Assembly: GCA_049971295.1 (NCBI GenBank)
Contig: JBMFLH010000055.1
Location: 1-13,889, forward strand
Source of the DNA: Candidatus Ratteibacteria bacterium
GTDB lineage: Bacteria > Ratteibacteria > UBA8468 > B48-G9 > DTJG01
Length of the DNA stretch: 13,889 bases
Direction of reading: 5' to 3'
Shown here: positions 7,701 through 13,889 of the stretch, piece after piece
How the letters are laid out: each line of letters begins with the position of its first letter
Numbering within the stretch: position 1 is the first letter of the stretch
Position numbers and translations under genes: made by a program
Notes under the pieces: model-generated
The model's database searches: none
What the model saw: the letters and a program-made list of their open reading frames with translations, nothing else
What the model was told of the DNA's origin: nothing

Positions 7701-8456
7701 TTATCTCCAGAAAACAACTGCAAGTCCTGCCATTAGAAGAATCACCGAAAATATTTTTCTCAATTTTCGAGTGGGGGTTTTCATGCTGACTTTTGCACCA
7801 GCAATGGCAGTGAAAATAGCCGCAAGACCTGTCAATGCCCCTGTTTGAACATCCACAAGACCATGATACAAATATCCTGCCGCGCCTGAAAGAGAATTAA
7901 ACATTACCACCGATAATGTTGTGCCAATACAAATATTTATTGGTACGCCAGCATACAAATGTAAAAGTGGAACCAGAATAATTGCGCCTCCGACTCCACC
8001 CATACCTGATATCATCCCGCCTGTAAATCCGATCAATATCAATTTTACCGGCGAAAGGTCAATTTGTGCTGGGCCACTCCCAACGTGATTCTTTCTGTCC
8101 CTCCACATATTGAAAGAAAGAACAATGGTCAAACATATAAAGAAAATTTTCACCGCATTATCTGGCAATTTTGCAGTAATTGCACTTCCAGCCTGCGCGC
8201 CGATAATACCAGAAATAATTAAAAACAATGCCATCTTAAAATTGATCTGCCCGCCTTTTAAATGGGTAAGAAAAGCAAAAACAGACGAAATAAATATCAC
8301 CATTAAACTTGTTCCGATTGCCTTTTTTATGGAGAAATCGAACAAAAAATAAAATATCGGCACATAAATAGTCCCTCCACCCATGCCTGTTAAGCCACAG
8401 ATAAAACCTGCAACCAAACCTGTTAACAAAGATTCAATGATATGAATTGATATCAT
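7701..8456 (-). CDS. TauE/SafE (TSUP) family sulfur-compound transporter
   Basis: Two internal repeats (GLTGMGGGTIYVP...AIGTSL and GMGGVGGAIILVP...CIGTTL); ~8 TM; 251 aa. Confidence 0.92.
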   Translation of the reverse strand: MISIHIIESLLTGLVAGFICGLTGMGGGTIYVPIFYFLFDFSIKKAIGTSLMVIFISSVFAFLTHLKGGQINFKMALFLIISGIIGAQAGSAITAKLPDNAVKIFFICLTIVLSFNMWRDRKNHVGSGPAQIDLSPVKLILIGFTGGMISGMGGVGGAIILVPLLHLYAGVPINICIGTTLSVVMFNSLSGAAGYLYHGLVDVQTGALTGLAAIFTAIAGAKVSMKTPTRKLRKIFSVILLMAGLAVVFWR

Positions 8457-8461
8457 CAGGA

Positions 8462-9328
8462 TTAATATTTAATCGGTTCACGCCATAAAAATAATTCAAG
8501 GGTATTATTGTCAACTGGACATGGCCCTGTGGGGGTCACCCAGGTGTGATTTGGCCATGTACCACAGTCAAACTTGGCGCCCTGGCGAGCAAGTTCAACA
8601 GGACAGGCATTATAAAGTTTGTGATATCCTTCATAAGTCTGGCAACCATCTGAAGTGCGACCGCATTTTTCACAAACAAGTTTGGGAACAAGTACCACCC
8701 CATATTTTGCAAAATATCCTGCAAACTTCACCTTTCCGCCGCAATGAATACAGGTATACCCTTCGAATTTTGTGAAGTTCATTTTCACAAATTTTGCTGC
8801 TCTAACATTATTTCCAAACTCATCTTTATAAGCAACAGGAAGAATAATCATCTTTGGTAGCGTAAAATTGTGCCGTTCAACCTTTTCATAAAATTTTAGC
8901 AATACATCTCTTACACGGGGCGCAAACTCTGTCTGATCTATTTCCTGACTCATGTGAACAGACGAACCCATAATCACAAGTATGCTGGCAGCTGCAACAA
9001 ATCCATTAATACTGCCAAATATACCGCCAAAGATTCTATCAATGGCTGGCTTGATTTCAACCTTTTTTCTCATCGCTTCAAGCAATAAGATAAAGGTCAA
9101 AGCAAAGACAATGCTGGAAAGAATAAAAAATATCAGGTCAACAGGGCTCCCTATGATACCGAATTTTGCAAATAGTTTCACTGGTGCTGGATAAACGAAT
9201 GAACCGACAAAAATTCCGAACGCAATCCCACAAATGTCAATCACTGTGCCCAAAAATCCTCTGCCTGCTCCACCCAGAATTCCACCCAGCACAAGCATTA
9301 TTACTATTAAATCCAGTCCACCGAACAT
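8462..9328 (-). CDS. CvpA (colicin V production) family membrane protein fused to a Cys-rich C-terminal domain
   Basis: N-terminal LDLIVI...GAGRGFL and IDRIFGGIFGSING typical of CvpA; extra ~100 aa C-terminal region with CIHC, CEKC and four more Cys. Confidence 0.8.
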   Translation of the reverse strand: MFGGLDLIVIMLVLGGILGGAGRGFLGTVIDICGIAFGIFVGSFVYPAPVKLFAKFGIIGSPVDLIFFILSSIVFALTFILLLEAMRKKVEIKPAIDRIFGGIFGSINGFVAAASILVIMGSSVHMSQEIDQTEFAPRVRDVLLKFYEKVERHNFTLPKMIILPVAYKDEFGNNVRAAKFVKMNFTKFEGYTCIHCGGKVKFAGYFAKYGVVLVPKLVCEKCGRTSDGCQTYEGYHKLYNACPVELARQGAKFDCGTWPNHTWVTPTGPCPVDNNTLELFLWREPIKY

Positions 9329-9334
9329 AAAATT

Positions 9335-9343
9335 ATGATAACA
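9335..9343 (-). promoter_or_regulatory. Extended -10 promoter, likely leaderless, for the cvpA-like gene
   Basis: Minus strand reads TG-T-TATCAT-aatttt-ATG; no SD. Confidence 0.5.
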
Positions 9344-9379
9344 TTTTTTAAGGAAGGAGAAAACTGACTGAAAATTTCA

Positions 9380-9778
9380 TCAGGGGCGTGCTTTTTTGAA
9401 ATTGTTTATTTTTTTGAAGCCAGCTTTCTGGTATTCCAGTCGAATCTGATCACGACGCTGTTTCAGTGCCTGATAATCCTGGTTGTCTTTCAATTTCTCC
9501 TCTATCCTATTTCTTAATTCTGCCTGAAGGGACTTTATCTGTTCAGCAAGTTGTTTGAGTTCCTGGTCTTGCTGGATCACAGTTCTTTCAATGTCAAACA
9601 TTTTCTTTTGTATTTCGAGAAATTCTTTTAACCTGCCCGCAAGCTCCGATTTATCCGGTGCAGGATTATCTCCAGGGGCCTGACCGGGTTCGTTAATCCG
9701 AATGACAGTCATGTCCCTGCCGTAAAGGAACGTTCCCGCGAATATCGTGATAAGGAAAATTGCCATGATTTTTTTCAT
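9380..9778 (-). CDS. Hypothetical secreted coiled-coil protein
   Basis: Signal peptide MKKIMAIFLITIFAGTFLYG, Pro-rich linker, Q/E/K-rich helices; SD GGGAG upstream. Confidence 0.8.
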   Translation of the reverse strand: MKKIMAIFLITIFAGTFLYGRDMTVIRINEPGQAPGDNPAPDKSELAGRLKEFLEIQKKMFDIERTVIQQDQELKQLAEQIKSLQAELRNRIEEKLKDNQDYQALKQRRDQIRLEYQKAGFKKINNFKKARP

Positions 9779-9793
9779 TTTTTCTCCCGTAAT

Positions 9794-9822
9794 AATTTAT
9801 AACCATAAACACATACTGTCAA
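9794..9822 (-). promoter_or_regulatory. sigma70-type promoter for the 9380..9778 gene
   Basis: Perfect TTGACA (9822-9817), 17 bp spacer, TAAATT (9799-9794). Confidence 0.55.
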
Positions 9823-9864
9823 TTTTTAGACGGATTAATAATGAGAAATGGTTTATTGGTGGTC

Positions 9865-9892
9865 TTGATTTTCTTAAAAATTCCAGTATAAT
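9865..9892 (+). promoter_or_regulatory. sigma70-type promoter for the HAD hydrolase
   Basis: TTGATT (9865-9870), 16 bp spacer, TATAAT (9887-9892), 10 nt before ATG 9903. Confidence 0.6.
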
Positions 9893-9902
9893 TTGCTCCA
9901 TT

Positions 9903-10553
9903 ATGAAGAAAAAACTTTTTATTTTTGACCTTGATGGCACATTGATGGACGCTTATCAAGCAATATGGGAGACATTGTTGTACACTCTGTCATCACTCGG
10001 ATATCCCCCTGTGGATTTTGAGACAGCAAAAAGAGCTGTCGGGCATGGAGACAGGCATTACATACCATTGTTTTTCAAGCCAGAGGACGTGGAAAAAGCA
10101 AGAAAAATTTACAGAAAATATCATCTAAAATCTCTAAATGGGAAGGTACATCTCTTGCCTGGGGCAAAACAACTTCTTGAAAAATTGAAAAATACCAGCA
10201 GATTCATTGCAGTGGCTTCCAATAGACCTTCTGAATCTGGTCTTCTGATTATCAAGAAACTTGGAATAGAAAGTTTTTTCAATTACACTATATTTGGGGA
10301 CCAGGTCGCCAATCAAAAACCAGACCCGGAGATGATTATCAAAGCATTGCAATTTTTTAGGGTTGATAAAGAAAATGCAGTATTTATTGGTGATATGGAC
10401 ATTGATGCTACCACAGGTAAAAAGGCAGGTATTGATACAATCATTGTAACCACAGGTTCTTCAACGTTGGACCAGATTATAGCAAGTAATCCTTCAAAAA
10501 TATGCAATAATCTTTTTGAAATTGTTAATATGCTTGATAAAGGACTACTTTGA
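9903..10553 (+). CDS. HAD-superfamily IA hydrolase (phosphoglycolate phosphatase-like)
   Basis: Motif I FDLDGTL, II VASN, III KPDP, IV GDMDID. Start placed at ATG 9903 (MKKKLFIFD). Confidence 0.92.
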   Translation: MKKKLFIFDLDGTLMDAYQAIWETLLYTLSSLGYPPVDFETAKRAVGHGDRHYIPLFFKPEDVEKARKIYRKYHLKSLNGKVHLLPGAKQLLEKLKNTSRFIAVASNRPSESGLLIIKKLGIESFFNYTIFGDQVANQKPDPEMIIKALQFFRVDKENAVFIGDMDIDATTGKKAGIDTIIVTTGSSTLDQIIASNPSKICNNLFEIVNMLDKGLL

Positions 10554-10557
10554 AAAG

Positions 10558-10629
10558 AGGCCAGGACCGGATTTGAACCGGTGAATAACGGTTTTGCAGA
10601 CCGTCGCCTTGCCGCTTGGCTACCTGGCC
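10558..10629 (-). tRNA. tRNA-Cys (GCA), CCA not encoded
   Basis: Cloverleaf: acceptor GGCCAGG/CCTGGCC, D arm GCC-AAGCGGCAA-GGC, anticodon arm ACGGT-CTGCAAA-ACCGT, T arm ACCGG-TTCAAAT-CCGGT, discriminator U73. Confidence 0.97.
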
Positions 10630-10637
10630 ATAGTAAA

Positions 10638-10667
10638 ATTATACCCCATTTTCCATTATCGGGTCAA
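10638..10667 (-). promoter_or_regulatory. sigma70-type promoter for tRNA-Cys
   Basis: TTGACC (10667-10662), 18 bp spacer, TATAAT (10643-10638), 8 nt before the mature 5' end. Confidence 0.7.
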
Positions 10668-10674
10668 TTAAAAA

Positions 10675-10714
10675 TTGATATCTGTCGCAGGCATATGTAC
10701 ATTTATGTTATAAT
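10675..10714 (+). promoter_or_regulatory. Promoter(s) for the PPIase gene
   Basis: TTGATA (10675-10680)-17 bp-TACATT (10698-10703), plus a perfect extended -10 TGtTATAAT (10706-10714); SD GGAGG before GTG 10758. Confidence 0.6.
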
Positions 10715-10757
10715 CGATATCAGGGAAAGCATCATCAAAAAATAACCGGAGGGACAA

Positions 10758-11573
10758 GTGAAAAAATTTATCATGCTGTTGTTGGTGTGTCTGGTAAGTA
10801 TTTCTGCTGGTGAGCAAAAAAAGAGCCAGATTGTTGCAAAAATCGGCAACAAAAGCTTTACTTTACAGGAGTTTCAAGAAAATCTTGACCAGATGCAAAG
10901 TAGATTTGCCAATTTGAATTATGACATGAAAAAGAGAATTCTTGACCAGTTTGTCAGAGAAAAACTTTTTACAACTGCAGCGAAAGATGCAGGAGTCAAC
11001 CTTACTTCTGAGCAGGAAAAATATCTTGAAAGATCAAAAAACATGTTTCTCATTCGCAATTATATTTCAAGTATGCTTTCAGAAAATCCAGTGACAGACA
11101 CAGATATCAAGCAGGCATATGAAAAAAATCCACAGGCATATCAAACGCCTGAGCGAAGGAAATTGAGGCATATTATTGTTCAGAACGAAGAAAAGGCAAA
11201 GGAAATTTTAAATAAACTGAAAGAAGGTGCTGATTTTGCAGAACTTGCCAAAGATCACAACACCGATGCAACGAAACAGAGGGGTGGAGACCTTGGCTGG
11301 GCACAAAAGGGAATATTTGTGAAAGAATTTGAAGATGTGGCTTTTTCTCTGAAAAAAGGGGAAATCAGCAACATTGTAAAAACCCAGTTTGGATATCATA
11401 TCATCAGGGTTGATGATATTGAAGAACCAAAACAAAGATCATTCAATGAGGTGCAGCAGGAAATAAAAAGAAAACTTGAAGAACAAAGAATACAACAGAT
11501 TGAAGAGCAGCTAAAAAAGAAATACAAAGTTCAGGTGGATTACTCAACACTGGAAGATACTGAAAAACAATAA
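10758..11573 (+). CDS. Exported parvulin-type peptidyl-prolyl isomerase/foldase (PrsA/SurA/PpiC-like)
   Basis: Signal peptide; RHIIV, FAELAK, GGDLGW, EFEDVAFSLKKGEIS, TQFGYHII. Confidence 0.93.
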   Translation: MKKFIMLLLVCLVSISAGEQKKSQIVAKIGNKSFTLQEFQENLDQMQSRFANLNYDMKKRILDQFVREKLFTTAAKDAGVNLTSEQEKYLERSKNMFLIRNYISSMLSENPVTDTDIKQAYEKNPQAYQTPERRKLRHIIVQNEEKAKEILNKLKEGADFAELAKDHNTDATKQRGGDLGWAQKGIFVKEFEDVAFSLKKGEISNIVKTQFGYHIIRVDDIEEPKQRSFNEVQQEIKRKLEEQRIQQIEEQLKKKYKVQVDYSTLEDTEKQ

Positions 11574-11617
11574 ATTGTTATGCTGCCTATTTCTAAAATT
11601 ATCAGCATCGCAATCCA

Positions 11618-13846
11618 ATGGTTCCATTGGTATTTTTCTTCAAGGGTTTTGCAGCTTTATGTATTCAGTCATTACTCCTAAGGGAATTTTACATTGTCCT
11701 GCATGGAAATGAGCTATCATTTGGAATTGTGCTATCAATATGGGTGATTTCTGGAGCAGCAGGCAGTTTTCTGACAGTAAAAAATGTTATAAAAAAAACT
11801 CCCCTAACCTTCTATCTTCTCACCACTTTTGAAGGATTCTGGTTATTTATAAGTCTGACCCTAATCAGATTATGTAGAATTGTTTTTAACATTTTTCCGG
11901 GTCAGATGCTCAATATTACGCAGATTGTTGTATTAACTTTTATCACAGCCGGCATATTTAATTTTTCTCAGGGAATCAGATTTGTCATTGGCGCAGGTGT
12001 ATTTCGCAGGGATGCTAAAGAAGACAAAATTGCCGGATTGCTTTATGGATTTGAAGCAGCTGGCGCCTTAATTGGTGGATTTGTTTTTGCGTTCTTGCTT
12101 CAAAAATATACAAATCCATTCCAAACAACTGCCATCATCGCACTGTTAAGCATGTTATCATGTATACCCCTATTTTCATTTTTTGATAAAAAAATTGTTA
12201 AAATTTCACTGGCTATTCCTTACTTTATCCTCCTGTTAACTTTTGTATGTCCTGCTGGCTTTTATTCAAAATTGAATACTCTCACGCTGATGAAACAATG
12301 GAATATCAAGAGTCCTCCTATATTTTATAAAAATACTCACTACGGAAACATCACTGTGATTGAAAATAATGAACAACTGTCTTTCATGCTGGATGGCAAT
12401 TTATTGTTTACAGCGCCTTATCCGGATGTTGAATGGATTGAAAATACTTCTCACTTTCCCCTTCTTTATGCGAAAAAAATCGGGCATATTCTTGTGATTG
12501 GAGCTGGAATAAAAGGAATCATTCCTGAAATTGTTAAATATCGACCTGAAACAATTGACTGCGTGGAAATCAATCCTGAACTCATCAGTGTTATCAAGCA
12601 ATTTTCTTCATCGTATTTTCCTGAATACCAGCGCGGAAAAATCAATGTGATAGAAGACGATGTCATTGATGTTTTTAGAAAAACAAAAAAGCAATGGGAC
12701 CTCATTATACTTGATGCCGGATTTCCTTTTTCCTTGAAAATTGCAAATTTTTATACAGAAGAATTTTACAATCTTGTAAAAACCCATCTTTCACAAGATG
12801 GCATTTTTTATACACAACTACCAGGTTCTCCTGAATATATGTCTGAACCGCTTACAGACGTTCACAGAATAATGTATCTGACTTTGAAAAAGGTCTTTCC
12901 ATCAGTTTATGTGATCCCTGGATATTTTACAGGTTACTGTGCGGCAGTCAATGCTGATATGCCTAAATTTTCGTATTCTTTTATTTCATCTCAATTGAAA
13001 AAAAAACAAATTCACACAACTGTCATCACTGATTTTTACCTTTCTGATAGATTAGACGAGGACAAAACGCATCATTTTTTTGAAATGATAGCCGGCGGTA
13101 GAACATCTATTAACACTCAATTAAAGCCAATCATTGTGATACCTGCAATCAGGTACTGGCTTTCAATGTCAGAAACTGAAAAACCATCTATTGATAAAAA
13201 TCAGTATGCTGCGACCGCTATTATACTATCAGTAATTTTTCTTGGGTGTGCAGTGATATATATTTTGAAAAAACCAATAAAAACCAGAGTACTTGAGTTA
13301 ACAATGTTTTCAACAGGTTTTGTGTCAATCGCGTGGGAACTGATTTATCTTTTTCTGTTTCAGGTAAATTATGGTTCAGTATATTTTTATTTGAGCATAC
13401 TGACCGGAATTTTCATGGGCGGAATGGCAACAGGAAGCGTGGTTTTTTCAATTCGAGCAAAAAAACTGAAAAATTCTTCGAAAAATCTTTTTTTATTGCA
13501 GATTATACATACGATCTTTGCTGCCGCAGGTATTGGTCTGGCTGTTTTGCTTACCCGGACATCTCTATCTGCAACTGTTTTTTTCATTTTTATGGCTGCT
13601 GCCGGATTTCTCGCTGGATGGGAATTTCCATTGATTAACAGTATTTATCTCACAGGCAAAAAAACTCTTACAGATTCCATCGGTAGGTTTTATGCTTCGG
13701 ACCTTATTGGTGCAACCACAGGCAGCTTACTGACATCTACTGTTTTTGTTCCCAATTTTGGTATTTTAACAACCTGCATAATATTTATAGCCATCAAATT
13801 GATTATGGCAACATCTGTGAGACAAATATTTCTTAAAACCCCTTAA
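11618..13846 (+). CDS. Membrane-fused spermidine synthase-like (class I SAM-fold) protein
   Basis: N- and C-terminal MFS-like TM bundles flank a soluble domain with THYGNITV, ILVIGAG, CVEINP, WDLIILD, NFYTEEFY, LSQDGIF. Confidence 0.85.
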   Translation: MVPLVFFFKGFAALCIQSLLLREFYIVLHGNELSFGIVLSIWVISGAAGSFLTVKNVIKKTPLTFYLLTTFEGFWLFISLTLIRLCRIVFNIFPGQMLNITQIVVLTFITAGIFNFSQGIRFVIGAGVFRRDAKEDKIAGLLYGFEAAGALIGGFVFAFLLQKYTNPFQTTAIIALLSMLSCIPLFSFFDKKIVKISLAIPYFILLLTFVCPAGFYSKLNTLTLMKQWNIKSPPIFYKNTHYGNITVIENNEQLSFMLDGNLLFTAPYPDVEWIENTSHFPLLYAKKIGHILVIGAGIKGIIPEIVKYRPETIDCVEINPELISVIKQFSSSYFPEYQRGKINVIEDDVIDVFRKTKKQWDLIILDAGFPFSLKIANFYTEEFYNLVKTHLSQDGIFYTQLPGSPEYMSEPLTDVHRIMYLTLKKVFPSVYVIPGYFTGYCAAVNADMPKFSYSFISSQLKKKQIHTTVITDFYLSDRLDEDKTHHFFEMIAGGRTSINTQLKPIIVIPAIRYWLSMSETEKPSIDKNQYAATAIILSVIFLGCAVIYILKKPIKTRVLELTMFSTGFVSIAWELIYLFLFQVNYGSVYFYLSILTGIFMGGMATGSVVFSIRAKKLKNSSKNLFLLQIIHTIFAAAGIGLAVLLTRTSLSATVFFIFMAAAGFLAGWEFPLINSIYLTGKKTLTDSIGRFYASDLIGATTGSLLTSTVFVPNFGILTTCIIFIAIKLIMATSVRQIFLKTP

Positions 13847-13850
13847 AAAT

Positions 13851-13889
13851 ATGGATTTGTATCAACAGAATAATTGCTTATCCTGTATT
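13851..13889 (+). CDS. Possible start of next CDS (MDLYQQNNCLSCI...), truncated by the window end
   Basis: ATG 4 nt after the previous stop; frame open to the end; contains CxxC. Only 13 codons visible. Confidence 0.4.
   Translation, partial: MDLYQQNNCLSCI

Noticed and set aside
5389..9328. Cytochrome c maturation locus suggested by ccdA
   Set aside because: No ResB/CcsA/Ccm genes and no CxxCH-containing protein in the window.
9747..9902. 52 aa N-terminal extension of the HAD ORF in the ORF track
   Set aside because: Overlaps the divergent gene start and both promoters; HAD motif I begins right after ATG 9903.
10558..10629. tRNA as a prophage/island integration site
   Set aside because: No integrase, no duplicated tRNA 3' end and no obvious compositional shift in the window.
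10758..10810. Lipoprotein signal in the PPIase (PrsA-type)
   Set aside because: Cys11 is preceded by LLV inside the hydrophobic core, not a proper lipobox; signal peptidase I cleavage after ISA is more plausible.
1..13889. CRISPR arrays, tandem repeats, IS elements, and the remaining short overlapping ORFs in the track
   Set aside because: No repeat-spacer periodicity, terminal inverted repeats or transposase motifs seen by eye; the short ORFs lie within well-supported genes and lack motifs.

Overview
AT-rich, gene-dense bacterial chromosomal window, probably from an anaerobe (2-oxoacid:ferredoxin oxidoreductase subunits, glycyl-radical activase). No mobile element, CRISPR array or long repeat was seen. 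Plus strand, left: 5'-truncated ArnT/GT39-like TPR glycosyltransferase, a very short ProRS lacking the editing insertion, a membrane protein, PFOR-type gamma and delta subunits without alpha/beta, and a membrane-anchored coiled-coil protein. Minus strand, centre: a tightly packed cluster of CvpA fused to an 8-Cys domain, TauE/SafE transporter, ECF sigma factor, soluble RsrA-like zinc anti-sigma, NrdG-like radical SAM activase, CcdA and a TrxB-like flavoprotein with an eroded NADPH site. This looks like a thiol-redox sensing and electron-delivery module and is the best candidate for an undescribed system. Right: secreted coiled-coil protein, HAD hydrolase, tRNA-Cys(GCA), parvulin-type PPIase, a membrane-fused spermidine-synthase-like protein and the possible start of another CDS. 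Several genes appear to have leaderless transcripts. All calls are from motif recognition by eye; no searches were run.
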